This document shows positions 24,922-37,600 of a stretch of 64,000 bases of DNA, piece by piece. The position numbers and the translations under genes are program-made. The DNA is from Aplysia californica (Eukaryota): assembly GCF_000002075.1 (NCBI RefSeq), contig NW_004797438.1:361535-425534 (forward strand). The letters are read 5' to 3'. Within the stretch, counting starts at the first letter, position 1, and every line of letters begins with the position of its first letter. Under the pieces are notes generated by a model. It was not told the origin of the DNA, made no database searches, and was given only the letters and a program-made list of their open reading frames with translations.

Positions 24922-25097
24922 CGGGGTGCCCATTGGGAGATCAGGTCGGGTCGGGTTGGTTTGCTAGCCAGATTGAGGGCGCAAAGTGGCTATCGTGGCA
25001 CAAGCCGTCGCCTCAAAAACAAACGCGTCTATTTTCAGGCGACGAGTCGGGCGGTCAACCCAACCCGACGTACCGATCCCATCCGCAAGGGGTACCC
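24922..25097. mobile_element. MITE related to 14595-15121
   Basis: TA|CGGGGTGCCCA end, GGTCGGGTCGGG subterminal repeats, shared AAAACAAACGCGT core. Confidence 0.6.
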
Positions 25098-25264
25098 AAT
25101 TTTAGAAATCACGTTTTACTTGTTGGTTCGACTATCCAGGGCTCCCCGTGCACCCGCCACAGACAGGGCCCAACGAGGGGGACACATTGCTCCGATAGCT
25201 GTGCCAGGGGGTTATGCTGGAGTTGCGTTCTTTACGAGAGTGGAACAGACCCTCCAGTAAAGAT

Positions 25265-25615
25265 CCCCCCCACCCCACCCCCTCACCTCCTTTGTCCCCT
25301 CCTCATCTGGGCACCCGACGCTTTCTGCAGCCTTATTTCTACTGGTACTCCTATTACTGCTGTCTTTCAGCCACACACCCCTGATCTTCTGGTAAGAAAG
25401 ATTTACACCTTGTCTTCTCGGACAAGGGAGAAAAATCTCGGAGGTCCCGAGTGCAAGTTGAGCATGTTAAAGGTACTTTGGTTGTCTAAAATCGATAAGA
25501 GTAGACTTCAGCCTACATTTCCTACCAACTGAAAAATGTTTAATGTGCCCCGCGCGCCCATATGACCATACATGCAGTTGCGAGTGCCGTAAAACACTTA
25601 CTAAAAAAAAAAGAA
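25265..25615 (+). mobile_element. 5'-truncated tRNA-Nin/Deu SINE
   Basis: Homologous to the 3' two-thirds of 25843-26394, with an A-rich tail. Confidence 0.8.
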
Positions 25616-25698
25616 AAATGAATGGACCAGAGACACACAGACGGACTTTCAGATCCCAACCGACTGAGTGGCAGGGCCGTACTAGTCAGCCTCTTTAA

Positions 25699-26500
25699 CC
25701 CTATCCGTACACCCTGGGATCATTTTGTACCCCCGGGGTTATATTCTTCACATTTTAGAATACTTCTAGTACGAAGATCTCGTTGAAACTATCAGTATTT
25801 CTCAAAAAATCTTTTTGACAAACCCCTATCCAAAGCGTACGGGGTGGGGGGGGGGGGGGGGGGGGGGGGCTCTCGTGGCCTAGAGGTTAAGGTGTTCGCC
25901 TCTTTGTCAAAGGTCCCGGGTTCGAATCCGGGTAGCGACCAAAAAATTGTCTTCTCTAAAATTGTCTCCTTTCACCTCCTTTCCTGCTCTCTAGCAATGT
26001 ACTGTTGTCTGCTTTATTTCCACTTTCTGCCCCCACCCCCTCACCTCCTTTGCCCCCTCATCTGGGCTCCTGACTCTTTCTGCAGCCTTTCTACTGCTAC
26101 TCCTTGGCTCCTCCTTACTGCTGTCTTTCTGCCACACCCCTGATCTTCTGGTAGGAAAGATCTACACCTAGCCTTCTCGGACAAGGGCGAAAAATCTCGG
26201 AGGGCCCGTGTGCAAGTTGCGCACGTTAAAGATCCCTTGGTGGTCTAAAATCGATAAGAGTAGGCTTCGGCGCCACCCGGGCAAAATTCAAAATTTCCTA
26301 CCAACTGAAAATATTAGGTGTGTCCCGCGCGCTCATATGACCTATGCAGTTGCGAGCGCCGCAAAACACTTTACAAAAACAAAACAAAAAAACAAAAGCG
26401 TACGGATCAAATTAACGAATAAATTTCCTCTTTGGAAAGTGGTGGCACAGAGTTCCCCACGCCGTATGGATACGATAGTAAAACACGACGTACGATAGGG
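25699..26500. mobile_element. piggyBac-like MITE interrupted by a SINE
   Basis: TTAA|CCCTATCCGTAC...GTACGATAGGG; the two halves rejoin to match 34893-35129 in inverted orientation. Confidence 0.8.
25843..26394 (+). mobile_element. Full-length tRNA-derived Nin/Deu-domain SINE
   Basis: A box TGGCCTAGAGG, B box GGTTCGAATCC; Deu/Nin-like TCGGACAAGGGCGAAAAATCTCGGAGGGCCCGTGTG..CACGTTAAAGATCCC..AAGAGTAGG; 11-bp TSD AAAGCGTACGG. Confidence 0.9.
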
Positions 26501-26530
26501 TTTTAAAAAACCCAAACCTAAACCAAAAAC

Positions 26531-26533
<3 letters not shown>

Positions 26534-26585
<52 letters not shown>
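26534..26585. repeat. (GA)n microsatellite
   Basis: Directly visible. Confidence 0.95.
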
Positions 26586-26589
<4 letters not shown>

Positions 26590-26856
26590 CATAAACAGAG
26601 AAACCAAACAGAAACATACATCAATAAAAGGTTATCTCCATGTAGTTCAGTGGCTATCAATCTATTCTCTCTCTCGCTGGTTCTTTCGTCCCCACTTTGG
26701 TATCCCCTACTGGTAGCGAATTCTACACATATTGTGTAAAATTCTGTGGTATCCCTATGACGTAGCAAAACTTGGGCTATTCCACGAGTGTAATTTTGTG
26801 TTTCTCTTTTTCTGTCGTCCATATTTTGAAAAAGAGCTTAATTAATATTCACGCGC

Positions 26857-26913
<57 letters not shown>
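26857..26913. repeat. (CA)n microsatellite
   Basis: Directly visible. Confidence 0.95.
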
Positions 26914-26916
<3 letters not shown>

Positions 26917-28639
26917 TCAGTCAACAAAATTTCTCCTACTATTTTGAAACAGTACGTTGTTCGACTGTGATCAGGTGTCTTTTTTTCCGCACGTGGCTGA
27001 TTTAGAATCATCAGGCCATTTAGTGAAAGTTTTATTTTGCTAGTCTTTTTTTTTTTGTACGTAGTTCGTATTATTAATATTAGGGTGTTTTTTTCAGTCA
27101 CGCACGCATGGGTTAAATTATTGTTCTGAAATTGCAAGTCATTACGCGTTGTTATATCAAAGATCCGGGTAGGGAACAACAAACAATAACATTTGTTGTT
27201 GTCCGTTTGCTCTTGTTAGTCTAATTTATTAGATGAGGAAAAGCCCTTTAACTGTGACTTTTCAGAATTCTTTTTTCCCCCTTAGATCTACGCCTTTATG
27301 GGATGATGAATGGGAGTTCAAACATTGTATAAATCTAGTCATGCACGTTTAACGTTGCAGACAGGTACAAAAAAAGAAGAAAAGAAGTTGGGGGGGGGGG
27401 GGGGAAGGGTCGATGTCTTCGCGTGATAAGGTGATAAGATACTAGGCCCTATAAGATTAATGTGTTAGAGAATTACAGTAAGCATGTTCACCATTTAATG
27501 TTCACTCAACAGCTCAAAGTTCGAGAGTTGACTGGGACACGTAGGATATAGGAGTGGTGTGGCTGAGGCTATAATTACACTATAATTAATGAACTTCCTT
27601 GTTAGCACGATATGTTAACATACGTACATTATACGCCTATAAGTGTGCAGGCCCACATAGTGTGTTCTCGCTAAGGAGGCATATATATATATATGATTAT
27701 TATATTATTTTATATTATATGTAGGATTACATATATACACAGTCTTTGCTGCCACAGCAAAATGGGTGGGAGCGTAGAAATAATATTTTTGTTTTGTGCG
27801 AATTTCGCAATAGTGTACATTAAACTCAAGCAATATATAGGCGGCCTATACCAGAGATAATAATAATATGCATAGACTGCAAAGGAACAAAATAATATTC
27901 TGGACCTGAAAACCAGTTCGCTTAGCCGAGGCCTGCTCGTGTTGGTTATGTGTGCGTCTTCGCTGTGTGGCTGGACCACAGAAGTTGTCTTCTTTCTTTA
28001 TTAATTAATAGATCTATACAAATGTATAGAAAAACAATTTTATCCGACCATGCTCACTCTCCNNNNNNNNNNNNNNNNNNNNNNNNNNNNNNNNNNNNNN
28101 NNNNNNNNNNNNNNNNNNNNNNNNNNNNNNNNNNNNNNNNNNNNNNNNNNNNNNNNNNNNNNNNNNNNNNNNNNNNNNNNNNNNNNNNNNNNNNNNNNNN
28201 NNNNNNNNNNNNNNNNNNNNNNNNNNNNNNNNNNNNNNNNNNNNNNNNNNNNNNNNNNNNNNNNNNNNNNNNNNNNNNNNNNNNNNNNNNNNNNNNNNNN
28301 NNNNNNNNNNNNNNNNNNNNNNNNNNNNNNNNNNNNNNNTTTCCTCTCTTTTTACCCCCCCTCCCTTTCTCTTTCTTAATAAATAGATCTAAATCTAGCC
28401 CATATATTAATTATTATGACTGCGTGTGGGAGTTCATGTCCAGCCAAGCCTAAACGTCGAAGCACAACTCTCGTTTCTCATGCCGACAACGTTCCAGGTT
28501 TATAGCACTCATGGAGTGCGATTTTTTCTTTATTTTTACTTCAGTTAAACATGCAACAACAACAACAAAAGTAAAATATAACTCATTAATTATTTTAGAG
28601 ATACATGTACAAAGCAGCACGATCTTCAACAATGAAAAT

Positions 28640-28814
28640 CCCGGAAAACGCTGCTACTGGGAAACCAGTAGGATAATAGGATTGTTGATTGTGACATTGT
28701 ACGACCCAGGAATGTCCGTCCGTCTGACGTCTGTGCGAGGAAGTGACCGATACGCGATTTCCTTTTCAGGAGTGTTTATGCAGTTGAACCCGCCCCCAAA
28801 GATTTTACTGTGTC
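28640..28814 (+). promoter_or_regulatory. Putative PGP proximal promoter
   Basis: CpG-richer stretch just 5' of exon 1 with CRE-like TGACGT (28725) and ETS-like AGGAAGTG (28738); motif function is inferred. Confidence 0.35.
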
Positions 28815-29055
28815 ATGGTTAGCTTGCTGCGATTTCAAACCACACTTTTGACGAACGGTAGAGCTACCCTTTCGTTCACTTTCAAGAGCACGATCTTGAA
28901 CTGGAAACCATTAATTCCCTTGAATCATTCACTCTTCAGATTCGAAAGAAAACAGTTGTCGTCTCTGAGTTCTTCGAACATGGCACAGCTGATCAACGAA
29001 GCGAAAGCGAAAGATCTCATTGAAAATGTGGACACTTTCTTGTTTGACTGTGACG
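28815..29055 (+). CDS. PGP: PGP exon 1 (extension + MAQLINEAKAKDLIENVDTFLFDCD)
   Basis: In-frame ATGs at 28815 and 28980; donor G|GTAAGT, phase 1. Confidence 0.88.
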
Positions 29056-31567
29056 GTAAGTTATTTGTGTGTTTCTGTATATAGATCTAGACAAGTGATA
29101 TGAATAGACTTAAAGAAGGGTTTCTGGAGTTAGATCTTGATCTAGATATCTAGATCTAGCAGTTGGGTCTTTTGGCTTTATTAGTCAAGTGGCAAGGGGA
29201 GTCTGCTTTTTTAACTTTTACTTTTGATGTCAACTGTCAACTAGACTCTAGATTCTAGATCTAGATTCTAGATATCTAGATATCTAGATCTATATCTAGA
29301 TATCTAGAATCTAGATCTTCTAGATCTAGATCTAGATCTAGATCTGGAATATAGACCATGACGAGGACAAGATGTACATTTCTAGATATAGATACTAGAT
29401 ATCTAGATAAGAGATAGATCTAGATAGAATAGATAGAAAGGTCTTCTCATCTTTTCAAGATCCTAAGTTGACCAAACCAGTGTGGGTAACAACACAGTAA
29501 CAAAAATCAAATATACATTATGTGTGTGTAAGTTTTAAAGTTGGCAGGCTACGTACGTTCACAGCGCCCTGAATGCAGTTTGCAGGCACTGTTGAGGCTA
29601 CGTTCATGGCTTCAAGCTTCGTTTAGACGGAGCGTCCACTGCCGGTTTTTAAGTAAGCTGGTTTTAGTCAGTGACGTAAATATTTTGGCCTGTTTTTAAA
29701 AGCGTTCCATTCCATGAGATGAAGGAAAACGAAGCAGTGGTCCTTTTCTGATCAACCATTCGTCGTTTTCCCTTACACTTACACTGAGCTCTGGCTCAAA
29801 GCTCGCCAGTGTAAGGGAAAACGACGAACTCTCAATTACGCAACAACGCATTAGGATANNNNNNNNNNNNNNNNNNNNNNNNNNNNNNNNNNNNNNNNNN
29901 NNNNNNNNNNNNNNNNNNNNNNNNNNNNNNNNNNNNNNNNNNNNNNNNNNNNNNNNNNNNNNNNNNNNNNNNNNNNNNNNNNNNNNNNNNNNNNNNNNNN
30001 NNNNNNNNNNNNNNNNNNNNNNNNNNNNNNNNNNNNNNNNNNNNNNNNNNNNNNNNNNNNNNNNNNNNNNNNNNNNNNNNNNNNNNNNNNNNNNNNNNNN
30101 NNNNNNNNNNNNNNNNNNNNNNNNNNNNNNNNNNNNNNNNNNNNNNNNNNNNNNNNNNNNNNNNNNNNNNNNNNNNNNNNNNNNNNNNNNNNNNNNNNNN
30201 NNNNNNNNNNNNNNNNNNNNNNNNNNNNNNNNNNNNNNNNNNNNNNNNNNNNNNNNNNNNNNNNNNNNNNNNNNNNNNNNNNNNNNNNNNNNNNNNNNNN
30301 NNNNNNNNNNNNNNNNNNNNNNNNNNNNNNNNNNNNNNNNNNNNNNNNNNNNNNNNNNNNNNNNNNNNNNNNNNNNNNNNNNNNNNNNNNACCAAGTCAT
30401 TATTGTGTACATTTTATGACGTACACGGTAACCAACAACTCAGGGTCTTTCCACCACCACTACAGCATCGTCATTACTTCCACCACTATTTGTCTTTCCT
30501 CGTGTTTTATTTCATTTTGTTGTTGTTTTAATCTAGACTAGTTTTTCTGTAATTATTTGTTTTTTTAAAAGTCACATCGCACAAAATCGACTGCCGGGGC
30601 CTCTTCCCAACACCTCTTCCCCCAGAGTGCGTGATCACTACGCACAATCTCATTGGTTGACATTTATAATTAAATTTGCCCCTGGCACGGTCAACTCAAC
30701 TTGGTTGTTCTGTTCTCATACTAATGATGCAGGGAGGGCCAGTTTAGATAGATCTAGTAACTGGATATTAAAGCTCACGCCTCGATTGTTATCATTATAA
30801 TCGAACAAATTTTCATAAATGCTGGAAATATTTAGGAACAAGGGTCGGAAATCGGAACGGAGGTCATACTCATACTGGACTCAATTCAGAGTTCCAATAT
30901 AATTTTTGTCTAATCGGACTCAAGTCCGAATAGTCACTTCATTATTTACTTTGGAGGATTGGTTCTGTTCAGTTCGGTTTCTGGCAGCTTCAATGCACAC
31001 TGTAAAGAGACCAACTGCTCAAATCGATTTTTGGATGCATGGCCTTGATTGAAATCAAATGCATTTGTTATCATTGAAGATCGTCATTGATTTTGGCTTT
31101 TTTGTCAGTTTTGCCCGTGGTGGAAGACAATCTGGTTAGCCCTATAGTACCCATACTGACAAAACCAAACTTACTGAACCAATCCTGCCAATAAGGCATC
31201 GCTTATAGGCTGAGGCTAGTTCTGGTGTAAGTCAACTCTAATGAGCGATGTCGTTGGCAGTCATCGGTTCCGTTTGGTCGTCGAGCCTAGCCAGATTTTC
31301 CGCCATGAAGGGGGGAAAGCTACCATCATGGCACAAACCGAATGAAACTAATGATGACCTTCAAAAACAAATATACATATGTGTAGATAGGCATTGCGTC
31401 TGGCAAACAGTTTGAGGCAAGGGTCTATTGCACGGAAGCACGCACGCACACACNNNNNNNNNNNNNNNNNNNNNNNNNNNNNNNNNNNNNNNNNNNNNNN
31501 NNNNNNNNNNNNNNNNNNNNNNNNNNNNNNNNNNNNNNNNNNNNNNNNNNNNNNNNNNNNNNNNNNN

Positions 31568-31606
<39 letters not shown>

Positions 31607-34600
31607 TTCACTCACAAACACACACACACGCAGCATAATTTCACTATCTATGTGATGATGTTATATACTTCAGAAAGTGAAGGTATAGGCTAAGGTTTGA
31701 TATGCTCAATCACAGGCAGTATTGTTACAGACACTGGCTGAGACTTTTTACCCAGCCGGGAGGAGACTTTTGAAGAAAGGTGGCTCTTGACAAGAAGGTG
31801 TGGACTGAGCTCATTTACTCAACTGTACATAGTGAATTTAACTAGAGGGATTGATGCGCACACACTGAAATTATAGGACAGTCCCGTTGTTCACACCGTT
31901 TTTGAACCACCGAAAAAAAGAAAAAAATTGTCAGACAATTATTGCAACGGAAGTTTCTGTTGGAGGAAAATGTTGCTTCTTAAAGGGAATAAGTTGCAGG
32001 AAAATTTTGTAAGCTCAGGCTGCAGGGCTGTTTGGCAGAGGTTGCTCTCATCCGGGTTGCTGTTTTAGAAAAAAAAGTGGATGCCACTGTGTGCTTATAA
32101 GTTGAGATTGAAATTTAAAAGTTCATGAATACAAAATGGGTCGCAAACACCCGGTGAAAGCTGCTCTTCTGTCAGAAGTTCAAGTTGATTTCCATTGTTA
32201 CTAGTCGGGTTAAAAGAGTGACTGCTCATCTCCCTTATGATTTGTGTAGGTCAGAGTTTTGTGGATGGGGGCTATTAGGTTATGGTGGTTTACACGCTTT
32301 CCTCGCTAGCAGCTGAAGAAAAAGTTGTTCCTGTCTGGTCAATTTGGGTAAACAGTGGCAGGGACCTATGCAACTTGATCGGCTCTTTCATTGATTGAAG
32401 GGAGCAACAATAACGACAAGTGAATAGATTATGATGGTTTGTCCACAGTATCAGGAGTGGGTATAACATAATCTGTGCTACGCGTCGGACAATGGAAGAT
32501 TTGTATAGCTGTCTTAGACAAACATCTTGGGCTGTTGGATGATAAAGTAAATTGGCTGCAGCCACTTTGGGCAGGTTATCGCTTTACACAGTGCCATTAT
32601 ATATTTAGAAAAAACTCGGGGGTGGGGAGTGGGGTACATTTGTACTCGTGACCTTCTTATACAAGTGACCTTCTTGCCTTCTTTCTTGGCAGGTTTGACT
32701 GCTCATGGTTAACATCCTCTGTGTTTTGCTTTTTTGGAGGGGGCTAATTATTTTATATCTTTAGTTTAATCCATATACTAAAGTAAAGAGCAATTGAACG
32801 TCTATTCTCAGGAGTGTTGTGGGATGGCCATGGAATGATTGAGGGAAGTCTGGAAACATTGTTAAAGCTGAAGGAACTGGTAAGTTTTTACTGATACTTT
32901 TTTAATGTCCAGACTCTAATATGGGATGCCCACTTTAGCTGGATCGGGCCGATCGCTGGACTCGATGGCCTGAAACTGAAAACAAACACTTTTGTATTTG
33001 AGGCGATCGAGTCCGTCCGTAGTGGGCACCCCGTATTACAGAACTGCCAAGTACTTCAATATAATCTGAGCTCTCTGATTTTTTAAATTGTCTATGGAAG
33101 AACCCCAATCAGATTTGGGTAAGATCAGAATTTTTTCTTGAATTCTGTTTTCATCAGCTTATTATTCAGCTTATAATTATTGAAAATTTCAGAAAATAGC
33201 GTGAAAACACACAATTTTATTTATATTTATTTTCATTCATAATTCGTCATGATTGGTTAATAACATCATCTGAATCTACAAGGGTTCTAGAGAGTGATTT
33301 TTCTATCCAAACTCTGATTTTTAGGGAGGATTCTGAAGAAAACTCCTAAATGTTTGGCCATGGAGGTGAAGGGGTTGGCAGTTCTGCTCTACGGCTTTTT
33401 ATTTTGATGATATTAGTTGTTGTTGTAGTTGTCAGAAGTAGTCAGAACAAGTTCTTGCTGATACTTGTAAAAAACATTTGACACCCAGATTTTATGTTAT
33501 GATGACATTTTTGTATGTGTCTTTAGTCTGTCTCATTGTAGTATTTTATCGTTTTTATATTTGTTTAGAGTATAATATTATGTTTTTGCCCCTTTTTAGC
33601 ACTGCCATTCCTGTTATAGTAGCAGTGCCAGTATCCAGAGTGCTCAAAATCTTCTTGTATTCTTTTTGTCTACTTGAAATGTAATTCCAAAGTGGTATTT
33701 AGTTGTTTATTTATTTATTTTTTTTACAAGCTCATAATTTCATAATGAAAAGATTCCTCATGTAATACTTTATTATGCAGATGGATCCTTTATTATGTTT
33801 AGGTCACACCAACTCTGTGCTCAAATGATGAGATATTAGAAGCATTTTGATATGGTTTATATGGGTTTGGAAATTATCTTTATAGAGGGTGGACACAAAT
33901 TATTTATCAGTGTCACTTTTGCTGTTTTGTTTGAAATATGATGTCTTTTATCGCTGTTTTTTACGACTTTCTCCCTTTCTCGCAGGGGAAAAAAGTGTTT
34001 TATGTCACCAACAACAGCTCCAAGAGTAGACAGCATTATCTCGACAGATGCAAGCAGCTTGGGTTTCCAGCTGAAAAGGTATGGATGTCTGATCTCCTGG
34101 TGGTCCGGGTGTAAAATATTGCACTTTTTGTAGTTTTCTTTTGCTTCTGACCTGCGCTAAGCTTTACTTGATGGGAGTTTAGTTGGGTTTTTATTTAGTT
34201 GAAAGAACAATATGACCACTTTTTGCTGTCTAGCCTAAGTGTAGAATGTATTTATGCTATCTTAGGTTTCAACAGTAAATATTTGTATGGCTATCCAGTA
34301 TGATTCTGAGTATGGTAACTCCCAACTGGTCTCTTGAAGTTTGGTCTTCCTTTTTTTGGCGCCCACACAATTGATCTTAATTGTTTGTGGGTTATTTTGG
34401 AGGATAAGAAAAGTAGTTGTCTTGCCGATTTGTTATCCCAGGTAAACAGTACTTTCTATACAAGTTTCACAGTAGTCTTCGCCTAAAATTTTAGTGTTTG
34501 GAGTCAGGAAAAACTGTTAAACTAATCACCATGACTTTTAGCAGAATTGGGATTAAGTAACCACGAATGATGAAATCAGAATAATGTCACTTTACTAGGT

Positions 34601-37600
34601 ACCGCAAAGAAAAATGTTGAAGTGTTTGAAAGTATATTTTTCATTATTGGGTCAGAAAGAGCTGTAGGAACGATGTAATTTATTTCATTTGTCAACACTA
34701 TTTGCTAGAAAAATAGGTTGAATTCGAGACGAAATTGACTCTTTGCTTGACTCACGTGCACATTTTCAGTGCTCAGATTAAGATTTTTAGGGTACTTGCC
34801 TTTACTATAAAGTCAGCAAGAAGGTATAATTCTAGTGAGATCTGTACCGAGTCACAACAGCCAGATTTTGTCTGAACAAGATATGCTGTTTACCCTATCC
34901 GTAAATCGTGTTTTACTATCGTCCGTACGATATGGGGAACTCTGTGCCATAACGCTCCAAAGAGGAAATTTACTCGTTAATCCGATCAGTACGCTTTGCA
35001 CAACAGTCGGTCAAAATGATATTTTGAGAAATACTGAAAGTTTCAAAGAGATCTTAGTACTAGAAGTATTCTTAAATGTGAAGAATACAACCCGGGGGTA
35101 CAAAATTACCCCAGGACGTACGGAGAGGGTTAAAGCATTGAAGTAGAGATCATTGTGTTTAGAGCAGTGGCTCAGTCAGACTACATCTGTAGAGATCAGA
35201 CAGTAGCACATGTTGATGAGATGAATTTATCAGAAATCGCACGTGCTCGGATGACTTGACACCTGATTGGGATAGAGTCGTACATGAACCTACCTGCAGA
35301 ATACGACCTTAGAAAAGCTTGAGGAGGTTTGAAAAGTGTACTAACAGTAAAATGAACACTGATTTGGTCAGTCAAGTAAACTGTAAATGTGATTGAGAGC
35401 ATTTGACTTGGGTAGAGCTTAGAATGTGTACTTTGAAAATGTAAGATTGTTTTGTCCTGCAAAGCCTTTATTGTTTTTAAAATTTTATCTTAAAAAAAAA
35501 AAAGAAACAGGATCTTTAGTGAATAAGGATGTTAGAAAGTGGGTCATATAGATCTAGCCCATTGTGTTCCCTCTTTTATTTTACGTACATTTATCAAAAA
35601 TTTACAAATGAATAGTTACAACTGTTAATTACTGATTTTGCTTGCTTTTAGTAATTGGAATCTGTTGTTGAGTAACTAGGTAATACAGTAGTCTCTGCCT
35701 AAACGCACGCCATACAAAAGTACGCTCCGCTCAAACGCACGTTTTTGTCCTCGACGTTTTTTTTTACTATATAATTTAGACGTACAAACGCACGGTCACT
35801 CCCCCTAAACGCACACTCCAATCTGCGAAACACACTGACAGGTAAAGCTTGACTACGGGAAATTTCACTATGACTACTGTACGATCTGCATAGCTTGCTG
35901 AAGACAAGCCTAGAAAACCGGATATTTTGCGAGACTGCCCCTTACGCCGAACAAAGAGAGTGATGGACAGCATTTTCACACACAACTTTCCAGACACATA
36001 GGTCTAGGACTGGTTGGTGATATGCTGGGGGGTTGGAGGACTGAAACGTTGTTGGATTGGTCACTGGAAATGCATCTCTTTGAGAGAAGGTTTCTGAGTG
36101 GTGTTTGAGTGACTGCGTGTTGGCTAATGTTTAGTTAGACCTAAGCCTATGATGTGCAACACGCATGAATGCTCGTTCATGAATTTACGGTCCGGGGTGG
36201 TCGCTTGGAAAGCAACGTGGCTGGGCCGTCGTCTCTATGACTATCACCAACAATTTCTTTTTAGGCTATTGGTTCCCGACATTTTATGGTGCATTCATTA
36301 CATCGAGTCTGTCTTTCTGCCCCCCCCCCCCCCCCCCACATACATACATACACACCCATCCAACGCCTTTGCAGTCTTAACCGCAGTCGTGGAATCTTTT
36401 ACAAAACAGTCACGTGTCGTCACATTATCGGCCCAAAGTGACCCCCACCCCAAAGGGAGGTCACTAGAATATCAAGGCAATGAGATGACCGTGTACCTTC
36501 CTCACACGCTAAGGAGCCCTCCTGAGTACCGTGCGTTTAGGCGGAGACTACTGTATGTCATATTGTCACAGAGTGACTGATAGTAGTGATAGTGAATATT
36601 TTTTAAATTTCATACTAATATTTTTTTATGTACCACAATGTATGCTTTTCATTTTTTTATTTCTCTTCTTTTCTCATTGTCCAGGAGGAGATTGTGTGTA
36701 CAGCCTATATTGCTGCGGCGTACTTGAAAAAGATCCAGTTTGAGGGTACTGTGTACTTGATCGGTAAACCGGACTCACTAGGCGAAGAACTCAGCCAGGT
36801 TGGCATCAAGTATGTGGGAACAGGGGTGAGTGCGACATGAGGACTGGAATATTTGACCTTACACTCACTCATTATCTGAAGTGAGAGGGTATGTTCATAG
36901 TTGTACCTTCCTTGCTTTTTTCATGATAATGATAATAATACCGGTAATAATAATAGCTCGTCCGTCAATATCTGAAGATGACCGGTATATCCGCAGAGGA
37001 GAATGTTTCTCGAGCAAATTAGAAGAATCAAAGGTGATGAAAACTTGTGGCTTCTGCTGTGGTCTATGAGACCAAATTCTGGCAGAGAAAAGTTGGCGCC
37101 ATTTTGAACATTTAAAAGCGTCCCCTCATGACAGGATAGAAAGATAAGATTTCTGCCTCAACTCGGTATATTTCCTGTACGCAATGGTAAATTATCGGGC
37201 GTATGATGACTTTTTACGTCAGGTTCTTTATTAGTTTCCTGCTTACAGTGTTGTGTGTAATAGCCAAGCAAAGAAGAGCTAGTTATATAATGCTGACCTG
37301 TTCATCGTTTTGATTTAGAGGTGGACATTTATAGCTTTGCCAAAAAAGTAGAAATGTGTTAAAAACAATAACTTTTAATTAATGAATAGAAACTTCTTTC
37401 ATCAATGGTTGCAAGGTTGACACATTGGGGGAAGTTCTGATTTTATTCTGTTCAAATGGAAGTTGAACTGCATATGTTCTGTTCGTAAGCGGAAGATCGG
37501 CGGTCTTTAGGTCATTGACTTTCTCACCCTGCATCAGGACATAGGCCATGAACCATCTCTTTCCACCTTTTTCTATCCTGGGCTAGCCTCATGATGTTAT

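Noticed and set aside
24933-25532. 199-aa plus-strand ORF
   Set aside because: It is a chance frame across a MITE and a SINE
25866-25940. tRNA-like sequences (also 19786 and 48330-48402)
   Set aside because: A and B boxes are present but there is no closed acceptor stem, and each continues into a SINE body and tail
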